Source: Ilumatobacteraceae bacterium (GTDB lineage: Bacteria; Actinomycetota; Acidimicrobiia; Acidimicrobiales; Ilumatobacteraceae). Taken from it: a stretch of 64,000 nt of DNA. The stretch covers positions 1,642,787 through 1,706,786 of the forward strand of contig DAIODP010000001.1 of NCBI GenBank assembly GCA_036746695.1, in the 5' to 3' direction. The position numbers and the translations under genes were made by a program. This document shows positions 16,299 to 26,840 of this stretch, in pieces. The notes below the pieces were generated by a model. That model made no database searches. It was given only the letters and a program-made list of their open reading frames with translations, and was not told the DNA's origin. The stretch's first letter is position 1. Each line of letters opens with the position of its first letter.

Positions 16299-18425
16299 GT
16301 GACCGAGCCAATCACGCTGCGCGAACTTGAGGGGCTGGATGTAGAGATCCTCAAGGGCGTAGGAGAAAAGCGCAAGGCTGCGCTGCACGAATTTGGTATC
16401 GACAACGTGTTGGAGTTGTTGACCACGTACCCGAGGCGATGGGTAGACCGCACCGCAGAGGCGCGAGTGAGCGACTTGGTGCCGGGGCAAGAAGCGTTGG
16501 TGTTGGTGGAAGTGCGCAGTGTGAGCAAGCGGCCGATGAAGGGTGGGCGCACCATGGTGTCGGTGTCGGTAGGCGACGGCACGGGCAGGTTGACCGCAAC
16601 ATTTTTTAATCAGCCATGGCGAGCGAAGCAGATGTATGAGGGGTTGCAGGTGGCCATGTTTGGCAAAGCCGACATGTACAAGGGCGCGTTGCAAATGACG
16701 AACCCGATTGTTGATTTGATTGGCGACCGCACGGGGCGCATTGTGCCGATTTACCCGCAAAGCGATAAGGCCAATGTGAGCACGTGGGAGTTGGCGGGTT
16801 GGATAGAAAACGCACTGGAGCGATGCAAGGTGCGGGGGTTGCTCGACCCGGTGCCGCAGCAGGTGTGCGAAACCTATGGGCTTGTGGATCGAACCACTGC
16901 GTTGTGGGGCATACACCTGCCCGACACGTTGACGAGGAAGGACGACGCGCGCAAACGATTGGCGTTTGACGAACTGCTGCGCGTGCAGTTGGTGTTGGTG
17001 GCGCGCAAGCGTGCGTTCGAGCGTGACAGCACGGGCATTCTCCATGTGGTTGGTGGCGAATTGCAGAAACGATTTGTTGCGGCGTTGCCGTTTCCCTTGA
17101 CTGGTGCGCAAGCGCGAGTGATTGGCGAAATAGAAACCGACCTTGCCGGCCCGCACCCCATGCACAGGTTGTTGCAAGGCGATGTGGGTAGTGGAAAGAC
17201 AGTGGTTGCGGTGGCGGCAATGTTGGCAGCGGTGCAAGGCGGGCATCAAGGCGCGTTGATGGCGCCAACCGAAGTGTTGGCCGAACAACATTTTGTTGGT
17301 GTGTCTCAGTTGCTTGACGGGCTGCAGGTGCCAGATCCAAACAACTTGTTTGGCGACAGGCAGTTGCGAGTGGAGTTGCTGACAAGCCGTGTAACAGGCG
17401 AGAGGCGAAGGCAACTATTGAGTGATTTGGCTAGCGGGCAAATAGACGTACTTATAGGTACACACGCACTGATTCAGGACGGGGTGCAGTTTGCCAGCCT
17501 GGGTGTGGTGGTGATTGACGAGCAGCACCGGTTTGGTGTGGAGCAGCGCGCGGCGCTTGGCAAGAAGGGAGCCGATGCTTCAACGCCCGATGTGTTGGTG
17601 ATGACGGCGACACCTATTCCGCGAACAGCAGCAATGACGGTGTACGGCGACTTGGACGTGAGTGTGTTGGACGAACTGCCGCCAGGGCGAACCCCGATTG
17701 TGACGAAGTGGGCGGCGGGGCCGTTGTTGGAGCAAATGATGTGGGGCGAAATGCGCGACGCGGTTGCGGCGGGGCAGCAAGGTTTTGTGGTGTGCCCGTT
17801 GATTGAGGAAAGCGACAAGTTGGAAGTTGCGTCGGCCGAGCAAGTGTTCGAACGCTTGGGCCAAGAAGAGCTGCAGGGTTTGCGGTTGGGGTTGTTGCAC
17901 GGGCGCATGTCGTCGAGCGACAAAGAGCTAACGATGAACAGGTTTCGCGACCGCGAGTTAGACGTGTTGGTGGCAACCACAGTGATTGAGGTGGGTGTCG
18001 ACGTGCCGAACGCAACGATGATGGTGGTGCTGGATGCCGACAGGTTTGGCATTGCGCAGTTGCACCAATTGCGTGGGCGAGTAGGGCGCGGAAAGATTGC
18101 GTCCAAATGTTGGTTGCAAACAAGCGACCCCGAGACGTCGTCGCCACGGGTGGATGCGCTGGTGGATTCGACCGACGGGTTTTATTTGGCCGAGGTGGAC
18201 TTGGAGTTGCGCGGAGAAGGAACGATTATGAACACGGCGCAGAAGGGTGCAAGCGATTTGAAGCTGGCATCGTTACGACGCGACCGCGACTTGATTGACA
18301 TGGCCCGCGAGGCTGCGTTTTCCATAGTGGATAGCGACCCAACTTTGGGCGGGCATGCCGGCCTGCGTGACGAACTGGAGTTGCTGCTTACCCCTGAGGA
18401 AGAGGAATTTCTCTTTAAGAGCTAA
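16299..18425 (+). CDS. recG: ATP-dependent DNA helicase RecG
   Basis: 708 aa with a GTG start; GDVGSGKT, DEQHRFG, QLRGRVGRG. Confidence 0.93.
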   Translation: MTEPITLRELEGLDVEILKGVGEKRKAALHEFGIDNVLELLTTYPRRWVDRTAEARVSDLVPGQEALVLVEVRSVSKRPMKGGRTMVSVSVGDGTGRLTATFFNQPWRAKQMYEGLQVAMFGKADMYKGALQMTNPIVDLIGDRTGRIVPIYPQSDKANVSTWELAGWIENALERCKVRGLLDPVPQQVCETYGLVDRTTALWGIHLPDTLTRKDDARKRLAFDELLRVQLVLVARKRAFERDSTGILHVVGGELQKRFVAALPFPLTGAQARVIGEIETDLAGPHPMHRLLQGDVGSGKTVVAVAAMLAAVQGGHQGALMAPTEVLAEQHFVGVSQLLDGLQVPDPNNLFGDRQLRVELLTSRVTGERRRQLLSDLASGQIDVLIGTHALIQDGVQFASLGVVVIDEQHRFGVEQRAALGKKGADASTPDVLVMTATPIPRTAAMTVYGDLDVSVLDELPPGRTPIVTKWAAGPLLEQMMWGEMRDAVAAGQQGFVVCPLIEESDKLEVASAEQVFERLGQEELQGLRLGLLHGRMSSSDKELTMNRFRDRELDVLVATTVIEVGVDVPNATMMVVLDADRFGIAQLHQLRGRVGRGKIASKCWLQTSDPETSSPRVDALVDSTDGFYLAEVDLELRGEGTIMNTAQKGASDLKLASLRRDRDLIDMAREAAFSIVDSDPTLGGHAGLRDELELLLTPEEEEFLFKS

Positions 18426-19032
18426 CAGTTCTTTGGGCCGAATTGCGAATTTGGTTGACCAGCATTGCTCGGTAATCGTCGGCCGAGATCTTGTCTTCAT
18501 CCACCAAGTCGTAATAGACGAACATCAAGTTGAACATGATGATGGTCATGAAGCGGGCGTCGAAACCGCGCTCTTCTGCCGGCAGTTTGTGGCGGTTTGC
18601 TTCGATGGTGTCGCGCATCCAGCGATAGGTAGACGTGGTGACGGCTTTGATGCGTTCGTTCAACTCGGGGTTTTCGAGTGCGGTTGCAAGCACTTGCAAG
18701 CGAAAGTCTCGTGCATGTTTTGTTTCTTCGGCAGGGTTTGGCATGAGTCGTGCAAAGTCTTCGAGTGAGAGCGAATCGTTAACGGCAAGCCATGCTTCTA
18801 CTTTGGTTTGAAACGACAGACGGAAATCGTCGTACATGTCGCCCAAAACACGGGCGAGTACACCATTACGGTCGACGAAGTAGCGGTAGATGAGTGTGAT
18901 GGAAGTGTCGGCGCCCTTTGCAACATCTTGCACGCGCATGCCGATGATGCCTTTTTCAAGAATTTCCTTGCGAGCGCTGTCCAAGATTCGCTTCTTGGAA
19001 TCGGTCCCATTATTAAAATTGTTTACGCTCAT
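18415..19032 (-). CDS. TetR/AcrR family transcriptional regulator
   Basis: 205 aa with an N-terminal HTH (GIIGMRVQDVAKGADTSITLIYRYF). Confidence 0.8.
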   Translation of the reverse strand: MSVNNFNNGTDSKKRILDSARKEILEKGIIGMRVQDVAKGADTSITLIYRYFVDRNGVLARVLGDMYDDFRLSFQTKVEAWLAVNDSLSLEDFARLMPNPAEETKHARDFRLQVLATALENPELNERIKAVTTSTYRWMRDTIEANRHKLPAEERGFDARFMTIIMFNLMFVYYDLVDEDKISADDYRAMLVNQIRNSAQRTVSS

Positions 19033-19098
19033 ATAACAAATATAGAGAGCGGGGAGGCCTTGGGTGGTCTGGAGAAATAAATTAACTTAACTTTTTGT

Positions 19099-19701
19099 CT
19101 ACGTCAGTAAATAGCGATTCAGGAAGTCAGCCATGAACGCCCGGTAGGCGGTATCGCTCAGGGGCTTGTCGGGGTTGACGTCGTGGATGCTGAATGAGAA
19201 CCCCATGGCCTGCACAGCAAAGGCAACGACTTCCTCGTCAACTTGGATCTTGGATCCAGATCGTTCTCGAACGAGGTGAATCAACTCCCGAGTTGCATGT
19301 TGGATGGTTTGCTGGGCTTTACCTACTGCCTTGCGCAGTTTTGGGCTCTCGTAACTGGAAGCGAAGATCAGTGTGCGCAACTTGCGCTGCCTCAAACGAA
19401 AGGCGTCTGAAGGCATGGGTAGGGCCTGTAGCAGTACATCAACGGTGATGTCGGTTTTGGTGGCTTCGACAAGCGCGCGAATGTTGTTGATGTCGTTGAG
19501 GTAGAAGTCTTCGATTGTCTCGCTCAGCACCGTTGCCAGCAACTGCTCGCGGTCGCCAAAAAGTTTGTAAATAAGAGGAACAGAAACTTCGGCTTTCTTT
19601 GCGATGTTGGCGACGCGCATGCCGACGATGCCGTTCTTTTCAATTTCCGCAATTGTGCACGCACGAATGCGCTTCTCTGCGTCTGCAACTTTTGCTGGCA
19701 T
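19099..19701 (-). CDS. TetR/AcrR family transcriptional regulator
   Basis: Start taken at ATG 19701 (MPAKVADAEKR...); HTH GIVGMRVANIAKKAEVSVPLIYKLF. It lies 20 nt downstream of the large surface-protein gene. Confidence 0.8.
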   Translation of the reverse strand: MPAKVADAEKRIRACTIAEIEKNGIVGMRVANIAKKAEVSVPLIYKLFGDREQLLATVLSETIEDFYLNDINNIRALVEATKTDITVDVLLQALPMPSDAFRLRQRKLRTLIFASSYESPKLRKAVGKAQQTIQHATRELIHLVRERSGSKIQVDEEVVAFAVQAMGFSFSIHDVNPDKPLSDTAYRAFMADFLNRYLLT

Positions 19702-19721
19702 GACTTCCCCCGAGGGAAAGT

Positions 19722-22700
19722 CTAAATCAGTTGTGGCGGTGGAGGTGGCGGCAGCTGGTCGTCTTTCCTGCGGCGCCTCATAATGAAGATGAACATCCAC
19801 ATGGCGCCCAGGCCGCCGAAGAACACCAGCGCAAGTTGCACCCAACTAGTTCCGCCCTGTCGGCCAGAGAGGGGGACCGAGTACTTGATGGGCTCGGCGC
19901 CATTAGCAATGAACTCGATTTCGAGTGCGCTTGATGTGGCATTCACCGGAAGTCGTATATCGGTCAGATTCTCGATGTTGTGGCTGGACCATGTTCCACC
20001 TGATGTTCGAACGCGAACGAGGCCAGTAGTGATGTTGATGTTGCGAGCAATGCTCGAGATGGAGTCGGCCGTAATCACGAATTCGGTTGTATCGCTATTG
20101 ATCACGATTTGAGAGTCGACCATCACCTTGACAGTTGGAGTGGTGGTGGAAGGGCTGAACGGTGCGAGCGAAGCGCCGGGCCCTTTCAGCGTTGTAGGTG
20201 ATGCAGGCGTTGTTGTTGGGGCGACAACGGGCTTGATGGAAACCGTGAAACTTAGTGGCGTGGCGGCCGCTGCCGAATAGTTGATGGTTGCTGGAACCGA
20301 GGCGTACACGGTGCAAACACCAGTAGCGAGCACGGTGAGCTTGCCACTTACGCGATCGATCGTGCAGACGCTGGTTGTAGAAGAAGCATGCGATATTTCA
20401 CCCTCGGAAGCACCAGCGCTGACGCGTGCCGTAATGGTCATGCCATTGAAATCGGTTGGTGAAATACTTCCGATTGTGGTGCTTTGCGGAAACGACAGCG
20501 TTCGGGTGGCCGCAGTCAGCGTGGCCTTCGCGGTGCTGGTTGGCACTGCGCGTGTGCGTTGGGAGTTGGTGGGAAGCAGTAGGTCTACTTCGCACACTCC
20601 GCTTGAGAGGAAGGTGGCGTAGGCGCGCTTTCCAAATGGCTCCTTCGTGGGCTCGCTTAACGAGCACACCGTTGGAGTGAGATTGACGAATCGCACATCG
20701 TCGTTTGCTTCGGTAACAAGCTTTTTTGTTCCGAATGGCATTGAAACAGTTGCCCAAAACGAAATGGTCTCGCCTTCAACAGACGACCAGGTGCTTGCGG
20801 CTCGAAGTGGAGTGTTGTTGATCTTTCCGCCAACTTTGATGCCAACGCGGGCAATTAACTTCGTCACTTCGAAACTGACGCTGGCTGTTGCAGCATCGTG
20901 TGTGTCGGTTGCGGCGATTGAGGCGGACATTGTGCAGGTGCCCGCCGAGTTGAGATAGCCAACACGAAACACGGTGTTGGATGCCGATGTTGCGCTGAGG
21001 CCGGTGACGTTAAGCGCCGAACAAATATCGGGCGTGTTGGTTGTCCACGTAACTACGCCGCCACCCGAAGATGGTGTTGCAAGTAACGACGGCCCGATGG
21101 CTAAGACGGGGTACGACGCGGCGGCACCAGTAATGCTCAGTGTGCGGGTGCGAGCAACTGTTGTTGTAGTTGTGGTTGTGGTTGGAGGTGCAACGGTGGT
21201 TGTTGGTGCAGGAGCAGGTGGTGCGGTTGTCGTTGTCGTTGTCGTTGTTGTTGGAGATGCAACGGTGACAACAACAGTCTGTGGCGAACCAACAAGGGTG
21301 GTTTGGGCATTGCCGACGGTATCGGTCATGGAAAACCCGGCTGCAGCAGTGAGGGTAGAACTGACTGGCACATCATCGGCCAGAGCGGTGGATGTTGCAG
21401 TGATTGTGCACACCGTGCCAGAGGTTTGAGCGATTGAGTTGATTGCAGAAATGTTGGTCAGTGTGAAGTCGGTGCCTGCCGAAGTCGACAGCGTGGAACA
21501 TGTGATGGCTTCGTCGCCAGTGACGGTGAAAGTGATGGTGGTGGATGTTGAAGTGGATGGGCTTGCGGCCAACGTGATGGTTGGTGCTGTGGTATCGATG
21601 ACGAGGGCCTTGTTTGCACCAAGTGAGTTAGCTGCACTAGGCGAAGCAAGCGTGAGCGTTGCGTTATTGCCAGCCGCGTCTCGGATGGTGCCAGAGTTGA
21701 GGGCCAGCGAAGTGGTTCCTACATAGTCCAAGTCGTTGCTGGTGTCGCCAGCCTGCACGGTGTACGTGAATGTGAGGGCAGTGGTGCCGCTGCCGGATGC
21801 ATAGTTGACAACACGGTCGGTTGTGCCGGTTTCGAGGGTGAGTTGTGGCGTGCCAGTAACCGTGACGGCTTCGTTGAAGTTGACTTGAATAGAGATTGTT
21901 GAGGTTGCCTTATACGAACCATTTGTTGAGGATGAATTGACCGACGAAACAGTTGGTGGGGTGGTGTCGGATGACGAGATGGTGACTATGGTTGATTGCG
22001 GTGAGCCGATTAATGTGGTCTGTGCGTTGCCTGGGGTTCCCGTGTCGGTGATTGAGAAGGTCCCTGCTGCGGTCAATGTGGAAGTTTTTGGGCCGCCACC
22101 AGAAGTGGCTGTGGATGTTGCGTTGATGGTGCACACCCTGGCCGATGTTTGAACGATCGAAGCAATTGCAGAAATGTTTGTGTACGTAAAGTCGGTGCCT
22201 GAAGCAGTGGACAGGGTGGCACAGTTGATGTCTTCGTTGCCCGTGATGGTGAACGAGATGGCGGTAGAAGTTGACGTGGCTGCGGATGCGGCCAATGTGA
22301 CAGTTGGGGGCATGTCACTTGTTTGGTAAGTGGCCTTTGTCGCGTCGTACTTGGCTAGGGCGTCGGCCAACGTGATTTCGCTGGCATAGATTCGAACCTC
22401 GCCAAGTTTGCCTTTTGCATTCCACACGGGTGACGAATAATCGTTGTCCATAAGCAGGAAGTTGCCACTGCTGTTAAACACACGCTGGTCATTGCTATCG
22501 CTGCAGGCGCCCGTTCTGCACAGCAAGCTTTGGGCGACACCGTCGACGTAGATTTTTTGACCGGTTTGTGAAGTGGTGCTGTCGTTCATGACAAATACGA
22601 AGTGGTGCCAGCCAGTTTTTAGGGTTGTGGCGTTAATTCCATAGACCTCGCTGCCAAACGTGTTGAAACCGAGGTAGTCGCTGTAGTGATACACGTTGTA

Positions 22701-23114
22701 GTTGAAAGAGCTGGGTTCACTCCACGAAAAGAGCATCGAGCCATAGGTGTTCTGTGTAGAACCATTGTCGTCCATGTACAGCCACATCTCGATAGACACG
22801 AAGTCGGTGCTTGCGGTTGAGCCGATGGTGCCCGTGACGCGGTCGCTGTTCGACGATTCTTTTCCCGCAAATACCACTTGAGCCGGCGATGCTGCGGTGG
22901 TCATACCGCCAGTTGGTGCGGTGCCGTTGCCTGTTGCGCCATTAGAGCCCGTGTTGGTCCAGGTAGTTGCACCGCTGGTGTAACCGCTTGCAAGGTATTC
23001 GACAACAGGCGTTGGAGCGGTGGCCAGCGACTGGGGTGTTGGGGGCACCGCTATGACAACAACAGAAAGAGTAAGCGCGGTAATCGCGAAACGATTTATG
23101 TGAAGTTTCATCAC
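19722..23114 (-). CDS. Large surface protein: signal peptide, LamG/ConA-like domain, repeated Ig-like domains, poly-Thr linker, C-terminal TM anchor
   Basis: 1130 aa. N-terminal [22 protein letters not shown]. LamG-like block (WHHFVFV...KIYVDG...LGEVRIY). Two ~110-aa repeats (PPTVTLAAS... and APTITLAAS...). T8[12 protein letters not shown] linker. The end reads [27 protein letters not shown]. Confidence 0.85.
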   Translation of the reverse strand: MMKLHINRFAITALTLSVVVIAVPPTPQSLATAPTPVVEYLASGYTSGATTWTNTGSNGATGNGTAPTGGMTTAASPAQVVFAGKESSNSDRVTGTIGSTASTDFVSIEMWLYMDDNGSTQNTYGSMLFSWSEPSSFNYNVYHYSDYLGFNTFGSEVYGINATTLKTGWHHFVFVMNDSTTSQTGQKIYVDGVAQSLLCRTGACSDSNDQRVFNSSGNFLLMDNDYSSPVWNAKGKLGEVRIYASEITLADALAKYDATKATYQTSDMPPTVTLAASAATSTSTAISFTITGNEDINCATLSTASGTDFTYTNISAIASIVQTSARVCTINATSTATSGGGPKTSTLTAAGTFSITDTGTPGNAQTTLIGSPQSTIVTISSSDTTPPTVSSVNSSSTNGSYKATSTISIQVNFNEAVTVTGTPQLTLETGTTDRVVNYASGSGTTALTFTYTVQAGDTSNDLDYVGTTSLALNSGTIRDAAGNNATLTLASPSAANSLGANKALVIDTTAPTITLAASPSTSTSTTITFTVTGDEAITCSTLSTSAGTDFTLTNISAINSIAQTSGTVCTITATSTALADDVPVSSTLTAAAGFSMTDTVGNAQTTLVGSPQTVVVTVASPTTTTTTTTTAPPAPAPTTTVAPPTTTTTTTTVARTRTLSITGAAASYPVLAIGPSLLATPSSGGGVVTWTTNTPDICSALNVTGLSATSASNTVFRVGYLNSAGTCTMSASIAATDTHDAATASVSFEVTKLIARVGIKVGGKINNTPLRAASTWSSVEGETISFWATVSMPFGTKKLVTEANDDVRFVNLTPTVCSLSEPTKEPFGKRAYATFLSSGVCEVDLLLPTNSQRTRAVPTSTAKATLTAATRTLSFPQSTTIGSISPTDFNGMTITARVSAGASEGEISHASSTTSVCTIDRVSGKLTVLATGVCTVYASVPATINYSAAAATPLSFTVSIKPVVAPTTTPASPTTLKGPGASLAPFSPSTTTPTVKVMVDSQIVINSDTTEFVITADSISSIARNINITTGLVRVRTSGGTWSSHNIENLTDIRLPVNATSSALEIEFIANGAEPIKYSVPLSGRQGGTSWVQLALVFFGGLGAMWMFIFIMRRRRKDDQLPPPPPPQLI

Positions 23115-23182
23115 AAAAACATAGCGCAGGTGTGAGGAATATTTACATCAGGTGGGCAATGTGTGCCTTTAGTCGTAAAGGG

Positions 23183-23398
23183 TTATTCGCCCAAAGGGGC
23201 AAGCACCAGATCCCAGCGGTCGAGGCAATCCGAGCAGCGGTAGGCAACCACGTCGCCAACTTGCCAGAGGTTGTCTTCCGGTGGGTGAGTGAGCAGGTGG
23301 CAGGTGCCGCCGCAATCCACGCAGGTAATCGACTCGGACGGTGGCTCGGCTGGGCCGAACGACTCGTGGTCCTCGTCGTTATACACGTGTTCATTCAA
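23183..23398 (-). CDS. Small Zn-ribbon protein (hypothetical)
   Basis: This is the C-terminal 71 aa of a longer antisense ORF: ...CVDCGGTCHLL...YRCSDCLDRWDLV. The TTG 23398 start is tentative, and the upstream part of the long ORF is antisense to rsmD. Confidence 0.4.
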   Translation of the reverse strand: MNEHVYNDEDHESFGPAEPPSESITCVDCGGTCHLLTHPPEDNLWQVGDVVAYRCSDCLDRWDLVLAPLGE

Positions 23399-23438
23399 CC
23401 ACTGATGAACGAAGGATGTTGGCAATAGCGTGAACGCC

Positions 23439-23969
23439 ATGCGAGTGGTAGCGGGAGAGTTGCGAGGCAGGCGAATTGACGCCCCCGAGGGAACGAAGAC
23501 AAGGCCCACCACCGACAAAGCGCGCGAGGCAACGTTTAATGCGCTGGGCAGTTTGGGTGTGGTGGTTGGTGCGCGAATGGTGGATGCGTTTGCGGGAAGC
23601 GGTGCGCTTGGCATTGAGGCGTTGTCGCGCGGGGCAGCACACTGCACGTTTATCGAACGAGATCGTGACGCACTGGAAGTGTTGCGCAACAACCTTGCAA
23701 CGTTGGGTTTGGAAGACCGATCCACCGTGGTGCGTGGCGATGTGATGTCGAACATTGGGTTGGTGCGCGACGCAACCGTGGTGTTGGCCGACCCGCCATA
23801 CGACTTCAAGAAATGGAATGCGTTGCTGGCCCAGATCGATGCCGACTTGGTGGTGGCCGAAAGCGACCGCGACATGACGCTGGAAAACCCACCTATCGCA
23901 GGCTTTGAGGTGACCAGGGTGAAGCGATACGGGCGCGCGTACGTCTCGTTCCTGCAGCGGTTAGCGTAG
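23439..23969 (+). CDS. rsmD: 16S rRNA (guanine966-N2)-methyltransferase RsmD
   Basis: MRVVAGELRGRRIDAPEGTKTRPTTDKAREATFNAL, FAGSGALGIEALSRGA, LADPPY. Confidence 0.9.
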   Translation: MRVVAGELRGRRIDAPEGTKTRPTTDKAREATFNALGSLGVVVGARMVDAFAGSGALGIEALSRGAAHCTFIERDRDALEVLRNNLATLGLEDRSTVVRGDVMSNIGLVRDATVVLADPPYDFKKWNALLAQIDADLVVAESDRDMTLENPPIAGFEVTRVKRYGRAYVSFLQRLA

Positions 23970-23977
23970 AAGGCGTT

Positions 23978-24475
23978 ATGGCCGTTGCGTTTTACCCCGG
24001 CAGTTTCGACCCCTTTCATTTGGGGCACCTCGACGTGGTCGAGCAGGCTGTGGCGCTGTTTGGCGACTTGGTGATTGGCGTGATGCATAACCCCGACAAA
24101 GACTCATCCATGTTTACGGCCGACGAACGAGCCGAGCTCATTCGCCAGTCGGTAACGCACCTGGGCAAGAAGGTGTGCGTCGAGAAATATGTGGGCCTCA
24201 CGGTGGATGCGGCAGCCAAGATTGAAGCCAGCCTGATTGTGAAGAGCGCCCGCTCCGGTGCCGACTTCGATATCGAGCAGCAAATGGCGCAGATGAACCA
24301 TGCGGCCAGCGGGGTAGAGACCGTGCTGCTGTTTTCGCGCCCAGAGCACTCCTATATAAGTAGTAGGTACATTCGCCAGTTCACGCTGTCGGGTGGCACC
24401 ATCAAGACGCCAATGGTGACTGCACCAGTGCAGCAGGCGTTGCTAGCAAAGAAAAACAAGGGAGCAAAGTCATGA
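23978..24475 (+). CDS. coaD: Phosphopantetheine adenylyltransferase
   Basis: MAVAFYPGSFDPFHLGHLDVV..., 165 aa. Confidence 0.93.
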   Translation: MAVAFYPGSFDPFHLGHLDVVEQAVALFGDLVIGVMHNPDKDSSMFTADERAELIRQSVTHLGKKVCVEKYVGLTVDAAAKIEASLIVKSARSGADFDIEQQMAQMNHAASGVETVLLFSRPEHSYISSRYIRQFTLSGGTIKTPMVTAPVQQALLAKKNKGAKS

Positions 24476-25059
24476 GTTACGACGACAGCGGAACGATCGA
24501 CGAACCAGTACAAGTTGAATTGGGCGACACCGAATCCATTTTGGAAGACGTGATTCACACCATTGCATCGGCACCCAACGTGCCGTTGTCGAGCACGCCG
24601 CGTATTGACCGCGACCACGTGGTGGCATTGTTGCAAGATGCGCAGGCCTGCATGCCAGAAGAAATTCGCCAAGCGCGTTGGATGTTGAAGGAGCGCGCCG
24701 AATTTATGGCCAAGACGCAGCGCGAAGCCGACGAGATTGTTGAAGCAGCGCGCGTGCAAGCCGAGCGCATGGTGCAACGCACTGAAGTGGTGCGTGCTGC
24801 CGAGTTGCGAGCACGTCAAATTCTTGAAGCAGGCGAAGCCGATTCGCGTCGTTTGAAGAACGAAACCGAAGACTTCCTGGATCAGCGATTGGGCAGTTTT
24901 GAAATCTTGCTCGACAGGCTCACACGCACGGTTGCGCAAGGCCGCGAGCGTTTGCGCATTGTTGGTGCGGCACCAGAAGTGCCAGCACAGGTTGACAACA
25001 CCAGCGGTGATGTTGATGGCGCGACGTTTTTTGATCACGCCGAAACCGATTTGTACTAA
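24472..25059 (+). CDS. Conserved coiled-coil protein (DivIVA / ATP-synthase-B-like annotation class)
   Basis: 195 aa with an ATGA overlap with coaD and a charged heptad-rich centre (AEFMAKTQREADEIVEAARVQAERMV). Confidence 0.6.
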   Translation: MSYDDSGTIDEPVQVELGDTESILEDVIHTIASAPNVPLSSTPRIDRDHVVALLQDAQACMPEEIRQARWMLKERAEFMAKTQREADEIVEAARVQAERMVQRTEVVRAAELRARQILEAGEADSRRLKNETEDFLDQRLGSFEILLDRLTRTVAQGRERLRIVGAAPEVPAQVDNTSGDVDGATFFDHAETDLY

Positions 25060-25085
25060 ATCGGTTTCAAGCGGTCGGTGTAGTT

Positions 25086-25595
25086 ATGGCAAGCCCACTT
25101 CTCGTTAACGTTGTCGAGCTCACGCGGCGGCAAGGCACGCTGAAAGACATTCAGCTGATTGTTCCCGCAAGCGTGTTTGCGTTTGATGATGCGCGCATTG
25201 CCGACACCGACCAGATCGATGTTGATTTGCATTTGGAAAGTGTGAGCGGCGGAATTGTGGTGAACGGGACCGTTGCCGGCAAGTGGGCAACGGCATGCAG
25301 GCGCTGTTTGCGCGAGTTGCACCTGGTGGCCACCGCCGAAGTGGACGAGTTGTATCAGCAAGTTGTGGACAACCCAGATGCGTACCCAATGACGGGCGAA
25401 CAACTGGATCTCACGGGCATGGCGCGGGAAACACTGTTGCTGGCTATGGCCGATGCGCCCCTGTGTCGGCCAGATTGCCCAGGGCTGTGCCCGCAATGCG
25501 GGGCCGACCTAACCACGGCACCCTGCGGGTGTCAGGCTCAGCGCACGGATGAGCGGTGGGCCATTCTCGACCAACTACGGGGTGAGCTCGACTAA
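25086..25595 (+). CDS. YceD/DUF177 family protein
   Basis: 169 aa containing CRRCL...PLCRPDCPGLCPQCGADL, immediately upstream of rpmF as in most bacteria. Confidence 0.85.
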   Translation: MASPLLVNVVELTRRQGTLKDIQLIVPASVFAFDDARIADTDQIDVDLHLESVSGGIVVNGTVAGKWATACRRCLRELHLVATAEVDELYQQVVDNPDAYPMTGEQLDLTGMARETLLLAMADAPLCRPDCPGLCPQCGADLTTAPCGCQAQRTDERWAILDQLRGELD

Positions 25596-25673
25596 GAGCC
25601 GATATCCTAAACAGCCGGCGAATTGTTGATCGTTTCGCCGACCAAGTTTTAACGAGCGAAAGACGAGTGCGCT

Positions 25674-25853
25674 ATGCCAGTACCAAAGAAGAAAAAGTCC
25701 AAGATGAAGGGCCGCAGCCACATGGCAGGCGCCTGGAAACTCGGCACCCCAGCGCGCAGTGTTTGCCCACGATGCAGCACCTCCAAGATGCCACACACAG
25801 TGTGCGGCAATTGCGGTTGGTACAAGGGTCGCGTCGCTGTCGACGTTGGCTAG
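25674..25853 (+). CDS. rpmF: 50S ribosomal protein L32 (Zn-ribbon form)
   Basis: Hand translation gives MPVPKKKKSKMKGRSHMAGAWKLGTPARSVCPRCSTSKMPHTVCGNCGWYKGRVAVDVG. At 59 aa it falls below the ORF-track cutoff. Confidence 0.9.
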   Translation: MPVPKKKKSKMKGRSHMAGAWKLGTPARSVCPRCSTSKMPHTVCGNCGWYKGRVAVDVG

Positions 25854-25874
25854 TAATTACTGAAGGGCTCAACC

Positions 25875-26840
25875 ATGTTGCCCGTTGCAGTTGATGCGCT
25901 TGGTGGCGATAAAGCCCCAGCCGAAATAGTTGCAGGTGCCAAGCAGGCCGCGGCCGAAGGCATTCCCGTATTGCTTGTTGGCCCTGCCGATTTACAAGAC
26001 ATTGGCGAACTGCCGTTGCATGTTGCAACCGAATTTATTGACATGCACGAAGACCCAGCGTCGTCCGTGCGCAACAAAAAAGATTCCACGCTTGTGGTCA
26101 GTGCCGAGTTGGTGCGCGACGGCAAAGCAAGCGCAATGATTTCTGCCGGCAACACCGGCGCAACCATGGCCAGCGCGTTGTTGCGCATGGGCCGCATTAA
26201 AGGCGTGAAGCGCCCAGCAATTGCAACACCCATTCCCGTGCCTGGCAGCACGCCAACAGTGATGTTGGACGCGGGTGCAAACGCCGAAGTAGAGGCTGCA
26301 TGGATGACGCAGTTTGCGTTGATGGGCACGGTGTATGCGCGTGCACGTTTTGGTATTGAAAAACCACGCGTTGGTTTGTTGTCGATTGGTGAAGAGCCAG
26401 GCAAGGGCGACACGTTGCGCAAAGAGACGTTTGAGTTGCTCAGTGTTGCAAGTGGCATCAACTTCATTGGCAACGTTGAAGGCCGCGACATAATGACGCC
26501 CGATGTCGACGTGGTGGTTACCGACGGTTTCACGGGCAACGTTGCGCTGAAAACACTTGAAGGCACCATGCGCATGATTGTGAAAGAACTATTTGCCTCT
26601 ATCGGCGAGCCGCAATATAAAGAGCACACCGAGGCGTTGATGCCGGCTCTTTTGAACTTGTATGCAAAGTTCGACCCCGACTCCACAGGTGGCGCAATCT
26701 TGTTGGGAGTAGATGGCGTGTGCATCATTTCGCACGGCTCATCGAGCGCGCGCGCAATGTTGAATGGCATCAAAGTGGCCAAGGACATGGTTGATTGCAA
26801 CATGGTCTCGTTGATATCCGAGGCGCTGAGCACCCAATGA
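25875..26840 (+). CDS. plsX: Phosphate acyltransferase PlsX
   Basis: MLPVAVDALGGDKAP..., 321 aa. Confidence 0.92.
   Translation: MLPVAVDALGGDKAPAEIVAGAKQAAAEGIPVLLVGPADLQDIGELPLHVATEFIDMHEDPASSVRNKKDSTLVVSAELVRDGKASAMISAGNTGATMASALLRMGRIKGVKRPAIATPIPVPGSTPTVMLDAGANAEVEAAWMTQFALMGTVYARARFGIEKPRVGLLSIGEEPGKGDTLRKETFELLSVASGINFIGNVEGRDIMTPDVDVVVTDGFTGNVALKTLEGTMRMIVKELFASIGEPQYKEHTEALMPALLNLYAKFDPDSTGGAILLGVDGVCIISHGSSSARAMLNGIKVAKDMVDCNMVSLISEALSTQ

Noticed and set aside
16173-17414. 413-aa and 259-aa minus-strand ORFs
   Set aside because: They are antisense to recG, have Arg/His/Gln-rich low-complexity composition and carry no motifs.
19731-23135. Numerous + and - ORFs within 19.7-23.1 kb
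   Set aside because: They are shadow frames of the 1130-aa surface-protein gene, whose Thr/Ser/Ala/Gly-rich repeats keep several frames open.
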